From positions 110,174,001 to 110,238,000 of the forward strand of contig OZ296648.1 of assembly GCA_965655095.1 (NCBI GenBank): a DNA stretch of 64,000 bases. The letters are read 5' to 3'. Made by a program: the position numbers and the translations under genes. A model generated the notes under the pieces. That model worked only from the letters and a program-made list of their open reading frames with translations, searched no databases and was not told where the DNA came from. Positions 52,401 to 64,000 of this stretch are shown here, piece after piece; position 1 is the stretch's first letter, and every line of letters starts with the position of its first letter. This stretch comes from Haplodiscus bocki (taxonomy: Eukaryota).

Positions 52401-53331
52401 TGGTCAACAACAGTGCTTTTTGCGCACAACCGAAGAAAAAGAATTTTTGATAATAATCGGACACGTGTAAAAACCTTGCTGGATTTCGGCTCGTTTCTTC
52501 TTTTGAGCTGTCCGGAAAGAAGTTTGATTAGATTATAATGGGACTGAGGATGGATGAGGGACGCCCATTAAATTGCAATTATTAGAGCTCAGGTGAACAT
52601 TGGTCAAAGACAAGCTTTTCATGTTGCATGGACATCATTCTTCAAGTGCATCAGTATCAGAAACAGAAAACTTCGTAGCATCTTCAAAGTTCCCAAGGCA
52701 AAATTTCTTCGGGAAGACTTCTTCGTCGGCGACACTTCCCCGCATAGTCGTTAAAGCACGCATGAATGATTCGTGAATTATTGAACGAATTATTCGATAC
52801 TCGTATTTCATCAAAATCGGCAGCAGGCTCGTCCGTACTTGGTAAGCAGGTTTGAGTATGCCAAAGATTCAATTCATTTGTCCCGGAAAGGCGTTATCGA
52901 CAAAATAGCGCCCATTCTGCCATCATTTGCAAATATAGGCAAAACATTTTCGACAATACGTTGCTCACAAAACCATTAATGACGATGTTTCAAAATCTAT
53001 CAAAGTCCTAACTTTTCTTTTTGTCCTAAATTTTTAATCAAAACTTCGAATAATTTCTCTTTTGACCATCAGTTCTTGTCGGAACAGCTCAACAATTACT
53101 CCACTTATTATTTTCAACGATAACCATTTGGTTAAAGCATTTCGGTGAAAACCATTTCAGTTTTGACAACCCCGAGCTGATGTTTGATCAAAACATTGAC
53201 AAGTTAGGAAATCTCAAAAACATTTTCAAGTCGCGTATGAATATCGCTCGCCGCTTGTTTTCACATTTTGGCGAAAGTTCGGCCATCCACATCCAACGTT
53301 TTTAAGCATTTGCGTGTCCAAATTCAAAGTA

Positions 53332-55104
53332 CCGTATGTACCCGTGTATAATACGCACTTTTTTCGTGAAATTAACCTTCAAATTTGCGATGCGTATTAT
53401 AAACGGGTCGCAATGTTTGGTCACATTCTAATTAGCATACTGTAAACAAGAAGACAAAAGCTTGGCTGTGAATGGTTTTTATTTACTTTAGCAAAATAAC
53501 GAATGAAAAGTTTACAATTTCGATCCGTGAATAAATTACATGGAGTATTTAAACGAAACAGCTGATTAAAAACATTACTCCATCAAAACGTCAACATGGC
53601 AACGAAACTTACCGCTACAAAACGACAAAGTTACACTGTATCAGAGAAGTTAAGAATCGTCAACTTTGCTGAGCAGAATGGAAATCGTGCTGCTGAACGT
53701 GAATTCGGTGTTTCCGAAAGCAACGTCCGACTCTGGCGAAAAAGTAAAGAAAACCTGGAGAAGATGCCACGATTGAAACGTGCTAATCGCGGAAAGCCAG
53801 CTACATGGCCTGAACTGGAAGTCGATCTGCTGTCCTGGATTACGGAGAAACGAAACAACGGCCTTGCCATTTTGCCATCGCTAGTGAGGCTGAAAGCCCT
53901 TGAACTTGCCAAGCACAAGAAATACCAGATTCCCGAAGGGCATTTCAAGGCTGGAAATAATTGGTGCCAAAACTTCATGAAAAGGAACGGTCTGTCACTT
54001 CGACAGAAAACAACCCTGGCTCAGCGTCTCCCAGATGACTATGAAGAGAAGATTGTCAGGTTCCATCGCTACATCATCGATCGACGCAAAGAACACAACT
54101 ATCCACTACACCTCATCGCTAACATGGATGAAACTCCACTTACATTTGACATGCCACCAAACCGCACCATCAACAGCATCGGCAAGACCGTGAAAATTCG
54201 TACCACGGGAAACGAGAAGAATCGGGTCACGGTCGTGTTGGCGTGTGCTGGAGACGACACTAAACTTGAGCCCATGGTGATCTTCAAGCGAAAAACTTTG
54301 CCTAAGATGAACAACAAGCGCGGCGTCGCCGTTTCTGCACAGGAAAAAGGCTGGATGGATGCAGACCAAATGAAGATCTGGATCGAGAAAGTATGGCGTT
54401 CGCGACTCGGTGGCCTGGGGAGGAGGCGAAGCCTGCTTGTTTATGACGTGTTTGAGGCTCACGTGACAGAAAGCGTGAAAGCGGCGCTTGCGAGAGAGAA
54501 CACGAATCTTGCTGTTATTCCTGGCGGATTAACTTCGTTTCTTCAGCCAGTGGATGTTTCCCTAAACAAGCCGTTCAAAGACAATGTTAGGAAGGGATGG
54601 ATGCAATGGATGGCCGATGGAATCCATGAATTCACTGCGGGCGGACGACAAACGAAACCGTCAGAGGAGTTGATCTGTTCGTGCATTTCGGAAGCGTGGC
54701 ATGAGATTCCAAGAGAAATGATCGTTGCCTCTTTCCTGAAGTGTGGCATATCGAACAATTTAGATGGATCTGAAGATGATTTAGTTTACGAGCCAAGCGA
54801 GGACAGTGCGGCAGAACTTGATGATTCTGCGATCAGTGAACTTTTCGAATCAGACTCCGAGTCGGAGTTCGAAGGCTTTGTTGTTTGAACTTGCGAGTTT
54901 TCTTATTGACATTGAACACTACCCACTTTGTACTACACCACATCGAATTATAGATAAGAAAAACGCATTTAGTTGTAAAATGTTTTCATGTTCATCTGAT
55001 TTAGCCTTCACTTTTGGTTCTCAAATCTTTTTTTTTTGCAAATAATGGTAAAAAATTAGGGTGCGTATTACACATGGGCATGCATCATACACGGGTAAAT
55101 ACGG
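53332..55104 (+). mobile_element. pogo-superfamily DNA transposon, apparently intact
   Basis: TIRs ccgtat(g/t)tacccgtgtat, TA target duplication on both sides, single uninterrupted transposase ORF. Confidence 0.95.
53596..54888 (+). CDS. pogo transposase (BrkDBD-like + CENP-B HTH + DDE_1), 430 aa
   Basis: NMDETP, LVYDVFEAH, LQPVDVSLNKPFK; acidic C-terminal tail. Confidence 0.95.
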   Translation: MATKLTATKRQSYTVSEKLRIVNFAEQNGNRAAEREFGVSESNVRLWRKSKENLEKMPRLKRANRGKPATWPELEVDLLSWITEKRNNGLAILPSLVRLKALELAKHKKYQIPEGHFKAGNNWCQNFMKRNGLSLRQKTTLAQRLPDDYEEKIVRFHRYIIDRRKEHNYPLHLIANMDETPLTFDMPPNRTINSIGKTVKIRTTGNEKNRVTVVLACAGDDTKLEPMVIFKRKTLPKMNNKRGVAVSAQEKGWMDADQMKIWIEKVWRSRLGGLGRRRSLLVYDVFEAHVTESVKAALARENTNLAVIPGGLTSFLQPVDVSLNKPFKDNVRKGWMQWMADGIHEFTAGGRQTKPSEELICSCISEAWHEIPREMIVASFLKCGISNNLDGSEDDLVYEPSEDSAAELDDSAISELFESDSESEFEGFVV

Positions 55105-56209
55105 TACATGGAATGGCTTTTCAATGGTTAAAAATATAGATACGTTCAGAATGGTTCAATCAAAACGGTTAAAATTTTCACAATGGTTAAACCGTTGGTA
55201 GAAACAATGATAAAAAGTTGTAAAATTATTCAACAATGTTAGAGTTTGCAACTTTTCAGATTAGATTAAAATATTTACCGACACTGATTTCTGGGAGCAA
55301 ATCGGTCGAATTGTCCCTTTCGCTCCCCGTTCATTAGTTTCCGTCGTAATGTATGTTACGAAGGGAAAACCATTCTCAGTACGTTCTTTTTCACCGGTGT
55401 TTTGCCAATTCTCGCTGCATCAACTGCGAAAATTTGGAAAATTCGAAGATTTGAAAAAAATGGGCCAAAATGTTCCCCTGGACACGTAGAATGTAGTTTT
55501 GACATAACCAACCGAAAAATTTTCGCTCAAAGTCCGAAAAAAATCTTAAATTTAAAAAACATTCCTGTGGACACGTAGAATTCAGTTTATGAACAACAGA
55601 TTCTTTAAAAAGGCCCAGAAAATTTATATATCATTCCAAAATACAGAGGCGAAGCTGACCTTTGCAACACTTGCGCAAACAGAATACTAGTGAACAAATC
55701 GAACGAGTATAATTGACTTTTCAAGGTTCCACGGTACAACGAAAGCTACTGATGAAAACATTTAATCGAAACTTAATTAACTCAGTTTAATCTTATAAAC
55801 TTAATTACAAGTGCAAGAAGTACGAACTGTCTGAGCAGTTAGTTCGCTTGATAATTGAAATAAGTCGGCACGCTGGAAAACAGGCCAGGTGAATAAATTT
55901 TTGCAACTTGTCTACTCTGAGTCGACAATATTTTGTCGATTTTTTTTGTCTCACAGTACCAAAAAATTTCGTCGTGGAACCCTTCTGTGTTTGAGAAAGT
56001 TTATGGGATCAAAAAATTTTATGCCTAAGAAAGGGTATCACGATTTTCTGTCGACATGTTTTTTGTCTCACAGTACCGAATAACATTTCGTAGAGGATCC
56101 CGTCTGTGTTTCAGAAAGCATCTGGTATCGAATAACTTTATGGATCAAGGGGGGGGGGGGGGAGTATCACGATTTTCTGTCGTAATAATTAAGTTAAAAA
56201 ATGTAGATG

Positions 56210-56500
56210 AAGGCTGGGTTTCGAACCCGTACCTACCACTTCAAAACCCTGTTGTTCTACCCACTGTGCCATGGGAACCATTGGAATTTCTGACAAATGT
56301 CACTGAAGTCATAAAAATATTTGGCACGACAGAGACCCGAACCCAGACCTACCGATTTAGATTTCTGTTGTCCTGCCCACTGTGCCATGGGAACCATTGG
56401 AATGAAATTTCTGACAAATGTCCATGAAATCATAAAAATATTTGGCACGACAGAGACTCGAACCAGTGCTTGAGAAACTTGTTGTCCCAACCCCACTGCT
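56210..56500 (-). repeat. Tandem tRNA-like (SINE-head) repeats, ~118-bp period, 2.5-3 copies
   Basis: Minus strand ggttcccatggcacagtggg (A box) ... ggttcga (B box) ...gtcgtgcca, repeated. Confidence 0.6.
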
Positions 56501-57180
56501 GTCATTTATTTTTGAATAAAAAGAGTTGGCAATTTTGGTCTGAAAAAAAAAGAAATAACAACCCTACTGAATGAATAATTTTTCTTGCATCTTACATATG
56601 CGGCAAAAATAACAAGCTTAATGCCCAACAAGAGGGCACCCCCAATATGGTAAAGTTTTGAGAACTAAAAACAATAAAATGTCACTCCCCGAACTGTTCA
56701 TCATTCAAACTGAACAAAGGTGTTTTGGCTCAGCGAAACAGAAGCTCGCTTCTTATCGCGACGTTTGCGTTCTGTAGAATCAAATATTTCTTTATACAAG
56801 CAGCCTATAACTTCTGGTTGCACAAACCCTTCCGTTACTACGGTTGCCAACCAACAAGTTTCGTTTTATTCTTTCATTCTTGGTAAAACTTTTCTCTGAC
56901 AAAAGAGTTGAAACTTGATAAATCAATTCGAAAATAACTTTTTGAATCAAATAGTTAATAAGGGTTATTAAGTAACGTATTTATATATGGATAAAAATTT
57001 GATTGTACAAAATAACGAAACGAAACACACAAAAATATTGGAGATAACAACGTTGACTCTAATAAAATACAGAGCATATGGATGATATAAATAAACATGT
57101 AGCAACTTGAGTCAAGATGAAAATTTAGCAACGTCTTTGAGTTAAGCACACTTCATGAGTTTGAATTTGACTTGCTGATA

Positions 57181-59199
57181 TCATCGTTGAGTCGAAAGCA
57201 ATGGCAAAAATTTGATGGGATCAGCTCTGATACACTGCACGATGAGCAACGAATCGCGCGCACTTTTCAAGTCAAGACAACCAAAGCTGTACAGGTTGTA
57301 TATGTGCAAGATCAGGCAACCTGTGAAAGGCAAATCCAGTTGCTGCGCGGACATTCGCCCGATAACGTCCCTGAGAAACGACCTGAGAATGAGTTGCACC
57401 TGACTGTCCCCTGTAACATGATTGAATGCCATCCGGTGATTATTCCATAACTTCATCACACGTTTTTCTTCCTCTGAAACGTCTACAAATTCATCCAACA
57501 ATCCACCCAAATACTCATTCTGCCACTCCAAACTGCAAGGCTCTTCGTCAGAGTCAATATTCTGCTGGTACTCCGGCATAAGCAGCCCAGTTTTGCTTCT
57601 GAAACAAGTCTTCCTATTTTTCACTTGGCTAGGCTTCAAATACTGATTCAATTGCTCCACGGTCAAATTGTTCACATCGAATAATAAATTGGGCGGCTTC
57701 GTTGTTTTGTGGTAGCTTCGGAATGTAAAAGATGCCAGTTCTGCATTGACTGAAAGCTTTGATAAAGAAACATTGATTACCCAGGTGAAAAAATCATCAT
57801 CTTTTCGAGCCACCCTGTAATTGTACATTGGATGACATAGATGGAAGTGAATTAGTAACAAATTGATACTAGATTCACGCACTCCGCACCATGGACAGCT
57901 ACCGCTTCGGGAACTAACAAATTTGTGATTAGTTTTATGAGGAAATCTAAAAATGATAAAAAGCTTTTGGTCATCGACGGCGTTACTTTGTTCATATGTA
58001 AGAGAAAATAGCTGCGGTTGTTTACCAGCTTGAGGGGATACCAGTTTGAGATGTTGGCCGTTTTTGGCAAGTTTCTTGGACCTGCCTGGTGAAGCTGGCG
58101 AGTAAAAATTGCTAGAATTACCTGAGTTACAGCTAGGCACAACATCGACTCCAACGTGGAACTTCAGAGCTCCGATCGCAGAGGAAATGTAACTGTGGAT
58201 AGCACAAGAAGTATTCTCATTTTCTGAGGAGCTCCCGTTTGACTGCGAGCCTGGCAAACAGAGCCCATTTAAAGGGTCGCACACGGCTGTCGAGGAATTA
58301 AGAAGCATTTCAAATTCGGTTTCAGTAGTAGCACCCTTTTCGATGTTAGTTTTGTTAAGTACATCTTTCAAGGCAAGATCCCATGAGAAACTTTTACTAG
58401 TTATGTAGTTTTTGATTCCGTTAGGAGAGGTTCCGTTTTTGCCGTTTCTAGTAATAGAATGTAGGACTAAAGTTGCTCGTAGAAAAAAACTGTTTGTACT
58501 TTCAATGGCAGGTAGCTTTATTGGAATTGCGAGACATTTAGCCGCCCCATTTTTAACAGGCGTACTTCCATTTAAGGAAATTTTCAGAGACCCAACATTC
58601 TGAAGATCCGTAGCTATGGATTTGTTGTAAATGAGTAGATTTAGTTTTCCGCCACTGTAATGTGCGTTAGTAGTCATTCTTTTCGAGTCTGCATCTAGTC
58701 CATTTTGTAAACCACTTTCAGCAAAACCTTCATTGAATGTGATTCCATGATATGTAAATCTAAGTACAACTTGAATGTAATTCATCGGCGATGATTGCTT
58801 CTGCGATTCAGAAGCAAGTTTCTGGCAAATAAATTCGATGCCAGCACTATTTTCTCTTTTATTGACAGCATTTGTGCTCCGGAATCCTTTCTTGTAAGAA
58901 AGATTCCTCGTGAGAAAAATTGGTGAAGCCCTGTGACGTAAACGTAAGATTCTGTACAGTTGGCAAGCTGCAATTTCTCCTTTTTCATTAGAGCAGATAT
59001 TTCCAATTCCTCCGTTCATTGCCTCTTGTTGTTTCTCACCTTTCTCATTATCATTGTGCAGCATTTTTACTGAGGAGGCGGACGCCGTTATAACACATCT
59101 AGCTTTCTCAACAACACTGCTTTTCATTTTCGCGCATGCTTGTTTTTGTACAAAAACGGAGGCCCCATTCTCTTGAATATCACAGGCCTTTCTTTTCAT
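57181..59199 (-). CDS. SUZ12: Polycomb protein SUZ12 (PRC2 subunit), single coding exon
   Basis: LYRILRLRHRASPIFLTRNLSY (ZnB region), CPWC...HFHLCH zinc finger, VEFS box DSDEE...W...LDEFVDVSEEEKRVMKLWN. Confidence 0.9.
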   Translation of the reverse strand: MKRKACDIQENGASVFVQKQACAKMKSSVVEKARCVITASASSVKMLHNDNEKGEKQQEAMNGGIGNICSNEKGEIAACQLYRILRLRHRASPIFLTRNLSYKKGFRSTNAVNKRENSAGIEFICQKLASESQKQSSPMNYIQVVLRFTYHGITFNEGFAESGLQNGLDADSKRMTTNAHYSGGKLNLLIYNKSIATDLQNVGSLKISLNGSTPVKNGAAKCLAIPIKLPAIESTNSFFLRATLVLHSITRNGKNGTSPNGIKNYITSKSFSWDLALKDVLNKTNIEKGATTETEFEMLLNSSTAVCDPLNGLCLPGSQSNGSSSENENTSCAIHSYISSAIGALKFHVGVDVVPSCNSGNSSNFYSPASPGRSKKLAKNGQHLKLVSPQAGKQPQLFSLTYEQSNAVDDQKLFIIFRFPHKTNHKFVSSRSGSCPWCGVRESSINLLLIHFHLCHPMYNYRVARKDDDFFTWVINVSLSKLSVNAELASFTFRSYHKTTKPPNLLFDVNNLTVEQLNQYLKPSQVKNRKTCFRSKTGLLMPEYQQNIDSDEEPCSLEWQNEYLGGLLDEFVDVSEEEKRVMKLWNNHRMAFNHVTGDSQVQLILRSFLRDVIGRMSAQQLDLPFTGCLILHIYNLYSFGCLDLKSARDSLLIVQCIRADPIKFLPLLSTQR

Positions 59200-59407
59200 A
59201 TTTGTAGCGCACTGCCACTGCTAGCTATTGCTTCAATTAATCCGCCGTCCGAAGACGGTACAATACAATTGCTTGCCAATCTGAAAAAAAAACGATTTCA
59301 ATTATTAACCATTGTTTACCGCATGTCAAAAACTCATTCAGGACGGAAGAATTTTTGAGAAAATTTTCAATACTTCTTCAACGAACTAGCATATACAAAA
59401 TCAACTT

Positions 59408-59807
59408 TCATTTGATCAAATTAGCGAGAGATTTCACACTTTCGCATCTTGAAGCAGCTTTGTTGTTGATCTTTTTGAAAGTGCGTGTCAAAAAATCTCC
59501 ATTGCCCAGCTCAAAATACTTGGGGTAGTCACTTGAATTGCCTTTCTGAGCTAGTCGGTTAACTGTCGTCTCCCATTTGATCGGCGACTTCAGCTGCTTC
59601 CACAGTAATAACTTGACGGCTCTTCCATTGCCTGTTTCAAAATCGCGTTTTCTGAAGCGAGACCCCGTCACATTGCTGTAGACACTGGCTGTCCACTTTT
59701 TAGGGTCTTCGAACACTACCTTATTCAACGCCTCTGCATAAATATCCATGGCCGGGCCCATTAGACGAGTATTGAAACCACCCATGTTGCTCAAAGGGCG
59801 AATGTTC
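59408..59807 (-). CDS. MCAT: Malonyl-CoA:ACP transacylase-like, last exon
   Basis: GGFNTRLMGPA, VYSNVTG, QLKSPIKWETT, YPKYFELGNG; tttcag| acceptor in phase 2. Confidence 0.8.
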
Positions 59808-61207
59808 CTGAAATGGCACGACACTTTGAAGGAAAAGAACACACCGTATTTCTATGTTGACATAAAAATAGTATACTAATGAAAATCAATAATAAATGAT
59901 CGAAAAGATAACAAGACGCCGGCATATTTTTTGCCTAATATGCACATATTTTTAAACTTATGGTAAAGAGCAATATATATATCTTTTCCACTTATTTTAC
60001 CGATAAAATTATTGGCAAAACTTGTCCGAAAAAACAGCCATACCCATCGAATATTTTTCTTCCATATTTCATAACATGGCGCGAAGAAAATCTTCAAAAA
60101 TTAATGTTTAGCTCCCATGAATGCATGAATGTAACAGCAGCATTTCATGAAATTCCTTAGAAAAGTTCTAATTTGGCCAATCCGATTGATTCATTTGAAA
60201 TCAGTCATTGCACACATATGAAAGAAAATTCATACACACACATGAAAGGGAAATGTGAATAAGCAGTGCCGTCAACAATCAAATTTATTAGTTGAAGGCT
60301 TTACAAGAAATTCTTGAAGCCACCCAAGGTGCCGTAAAGAAGCTCTAACCAAAGTCACAACTTCCGAGGAAATTACTCTTGCGCGTGAATAAAATAGGAG
60401 GCGTCTTCATATTACGGGTTTTGCAAGCAAATGAAGCATGGCCCAATCGGCTCTAAGGGATAGAAAATCGATTTCAATTGCGATTAAGTGTTCAAAGAAG
60501 GTGCGACAGAAAACAAATTTGTCACACAAGTTTTCACAATTTGCCGCTCACGTTTCCCCTTGAGAGTCCATTTTGAAACAAGTATTCAAGCCGAAAGTTT
60601 TAGGTAAAGAGCAAGAGATAGGCACGAAATAGAATTTGCTTTTCAAAGTAGGAAAAACTTCAAGAAAAACTAAATACAATCAATTTCCTTTTTAATTTGT
60701 AAAAAACACTCAAAACACTTACTGATACATTCATGAGTAATTCAGCGTGTTTTGTTCCTTGGTCTTAAAAAGGAAGAAGCCCAACTTTCAAGCAAAATTT
60801 GGTAAAGACACGTCTCGAATATTGTTCAAATACTTCTTTCATTATGAAATCCAACCTATCAATCTCATACTCTTCCAATATCGATCGTTTAAATCTTAAT
60901 TGTAAATTTAGTTGTTCGGCACATTTCGGGTTTTTCAGAAGTTCATACACACTTTGCGCACATTTTTCGTAACCCAGTGTATATATAACACGGTGACTAA
61001 AACCCATACATCAAAGTTTTGGTCAATAATCCCCGTTATTTCAACAAATTTTATAAATGGAATTTTTTGTCAACAATATTGAACATATAATTTGTGAAAA
61101 AAACTCATGGATCTTTTTGTTATCCATTTTGAATTCCATATGAATTAAAAGTTAACAATTTGTGGGAAAAAGAAAAAGTCGAAAAGTTATGTTACTTGTT
61201 GTCTCAC

Positions 61208-61473
61208 CTCAAGTGAAACTCTTTCTTCAACGAATGTATGTGTTTGAGACAACGCATGTGCCCTCCAATGATTTTGGAGCATTGAAAAACATGCGCAGCC
61301 ACACTGCAAACAGGTTGTTCCAAGCCAGTTAGCCCCCCAAAAGATTCCAGAGCAGCACATAGTTGACCAAAATTAGTGCTACGGCCTCCTTCCACGAACA
61401 CAAGTCCACCTTCTTGCATTAAGGACGCTTCGTGCATCGCTTCACCTCTAGCCTCTACAAAATACATGAAAAC
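61208..61473 (-). CDS. MCAT: MCAT-like penultimate exon
   Basis: VEARGEAMHEAS...GLEQPVCSVAAHVF...IIGGH..CL; tttag| acceptor and ag|gtgaga donor splice in frame to 59807. Upstream exons not found. Confidence 0.8.
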
Positions 61474-61599
61474 CTAAACATAAAAGTTGCATTCTCGTTT
61501 GATGGCATATTAATACGAGACCCACAAAAATCGGTCGACTGAAAACTCGTTACAAAGCCAAAACGCACGTTTTACTTCAAATCACATATCACAACAACA

Positions 61600-62480
61600 G
61601 TAATTGCTTTAAGAAGCATCTACCAGCATATCAACTGAAGAGGTACATACAAAAAACAGCCGCCCAAGTCGGATAGGACTCCGGAAAATATTGACATTTT
61701 TCTCACTTGCGCACTCTGAATTGCTAGTATGATGCTCCGTATGGTCCCTCCTGTACTCCCACGCAGCTTTGCTGCGTTTTGAAAAAAAAATTTCAAATGC
61801 CTCACGAAATTCCTTATTTCGGACGAGGGCGCAAAATTTCGTAATAATAAGCGTCGGAAAGATGAAAACAGTGTAACACTATAAGTACTTCGTAAAATTT
61901 TAAGTTTCCGAAGCCCTGAGAACCAGAAAGGAGCGCGTATCAGACTAAAAATATTACTTGAACCGAGAAGCTCTCTTGAAGTACCAACAGAGTATGATGA
62001 TCAACAAAGCGCCGAAACAAAAGAACGGAAACGCCTAGCGAAGTACAACAAGCGATCGGAAAAATAGTATCGAATGAAAGTGTGGGCAAAGTCTCCAATG
62101 AGAGTGTTAAATTTGATCCCGGATTTGTGTCTTGTCAAAAGAGCTTTGTTCTGTTTTGCCAATATTAACAACCTGTCTTGTGTTACGCTGCTTGAATCCT
62201 TCCACAATCTAATTCAGAACACAAGCTCAAGTGATGGAAAGATACATATTGGCAAACTTTGCCAGCTGAAAAAAATGTTTGTTGAGCTAGTATCGGAAAA
62301 ATTGACGGTGAATTAATTCATTTATCGCCTTACCCAGAAGGAACCCGTTTGCGAAAACTTAAAACGCTACGGGTCAAGAGACACCAACAAGGGCTGAAAG
62401 AAAGCGTTAACAATGTTCCAGTCCCACTGGACAATGTTACTATTGTGCTGCAATCTGTTGATGCCCTTAAATTAGTGAGT
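61600..62480 (-). pseudogene. Possible degenerate Rictor-like fragments
   Basis: RLQHNSNIVQWDWNIV and LLTRHKSGIKF resemble, from memory, Rictor middle-region segments in the right order; interrupted by stops. Confidence 0.25.
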
Positions 62481-63149
62481 TGAAGTAAAAAAGCAAGCTA
62501 CAATTCAAAACTGATGATTCACATGGTCTGGCGAGAGTCGACAAAATAGATCAAGCGCTGCGGAAACTTATGCAAATCAACAGTCTGTATAAAGGAACTT
62601 TATTGTCCTTGCCGAACGCATTCACGGAGACTTTTCTTGTCCTAGCCGAAAACAGAAAAATGAGGGCTGTTCTTGACAAGCAAATTGCTGTTGACGGATG
62701 CAACTTGAAGCTTCGATGAAAACGCCGATATTCTATCGATATGTCCCTGTCGACGGTCAGAAAACGAAACCATTGAACGAGTGGATGGTTCAGTGCAAAC
62801 GCATCCATCAGCAAAATTCATTGGCATTCGAAATGCTTACTGCCGTTACAGTCTGCATTGTTTTCATATTTAACTTTATTTTCTAAGAACCACATGTCCA
62901 GAAAAGAAAAAAGGAATAACCACATCTTTGCTAGTCGCAATCCATCGGCTCAAAAGCAGCGCAAATACTGGCTAATAAACACCTAAAAAATCACAGGATT
63001 TTTGGTTCAAAGCATCTGTTCCAGGTACTCCTGCATACTGGAAAACTTTTTCGTACGAGTTGCTGGCTCGCCTCGAGCAACAGATTCCCCAGTTTTGGCA
63101 AACGTTTTCTTGTGCTCATTTGGAATGAACGGATTTTTGAAAATACTAA

Positions 63150-64000
63150 TCAGCAGAAAAAAGTGCAGGGGGCGAAATCCGAAAATGTCCGGTGAAGAGA
63201 AATGCAAGACTTTGAACGGCAATCACGATATGGATGCTAGAGTCTTCCAACACCAGCTGGAGAAGTATTTTGAGATTATTTTGAAGTCACTGCAGAATAT
63301 AATCGAAGGAAGACTGAAATTTTATGGTATCAAAATTGAGTTTTACATCCGTGGCTCGCCACATGCTCACATGTCGTTATGGGCGGAGCCAGATTTGAAA
63401 TTAACGAAACAGAACAATGGAACTGTGTAAAGTATATCGACACCGTGGTGTTAGCTGAGATTGCTAATGGCCAATAAATTGCTGCTCTCATCAGACGTTA
63501 TTACCAACATGCCAGAAACATTATACGTTTTGTCAATTCATTTTTCCTAATGTTCCTACAGATAAACCAATCAAGGCCTGTCGTACATCACCTGTTGCAG
63601 TAATGAATAGTGAGGCAGTAATGAAAAAAGTTGCTTCGAAAACCAGAAAGCATCTTACGTAAAGCTTCAACCAAATCTCTGTTAATCAATGAAGCTGATC
63701 CAACAGTTCACGATTATCGTCTTCGAAAAAGAATTTCTTATCAGTACTATCGGGTTCTCTCAATTACGCAAGAAGCGTATTTTATGACAAATTCAAACCC
63801 AACGTGAACTCAGTCAGTGTCAATTCCTGTAACACTGTGCTTGCGAAAGATTTCGGATCTAGCATGGTTTTGTCACCCGTTTTCAACACCAATACACACG
63901 TTTATAATTGCGTTCTTACATTAGCAAAGAAGAAACAGCTGTGCCTCCAGCAATGAAAACTCCTGTATAAGAATTGAGAAAAGGTGATTGGGCTTATAAT
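63150..64000 (+). mobile_element. Helitron/Helentron Rep remnant, degenerate, runs off the window
   Basis: ARVFQHQL...KIEFYIRGSPHAHMSLW (Rep HUH motif), then YIDTVV, YQH and CQFIFP fragments. Confidence 0.8.

Noticed and set aside
60765-61007. 80-aa ORF inside the MCAT intron as an extra exon
   Set aside because: The flanking MCAT exons already join in frame and the peptide has no recognisable similarity.

Overview
AT-rich animal (invertebrate-like) genomic DNA, mostly transposon-derived. Host genes: (i) a spliced anion-selective Cys-loop ligand-gated ion channel (+; exons 1241-1461, 1982-2217, 2559-2935, 23407-23757) whose ~20 kb M3-M4 intron holds a deleted Polinton and nested MITEs; (ii) an apparently single-exon SUZ12/VEFS-box gene (-); (iii) the last two exons of an MCAT-like gene (-) in which the catalytic His position reads Asn. 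The dominant features are two related, decayed Polinton/Maverick (adintovirus-like) endogenous elements, each bounded by TIRs and a 6-bp TSD. P1 (4376-12676) lacks pPolB and the integrase core. P2 (25683-45360) has the full core set (ATPase, integrase, penton, hexon, adenain, EndoVII-type pPolB) plus three internal duplications. The most unusual content is in this Polinton family: a PHD finger whose last CxxC is in frame with the integrase (no C-terminal chromodomain), a left-end ORF with an HUH (PHxH) motif conserved in both elements, a PLA2-like GPG..HD protein and tandem PC4-like ORFs. Also present: an RTE-like LINE, an intact pogo transposon, hAT/Tc1/Mutator MITEs, tRNA-like SINE heads, a Helitron Rep remnant and possible Rictor-like fragments. 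All protein family calls come from motif recognition by eye; no searches were run.
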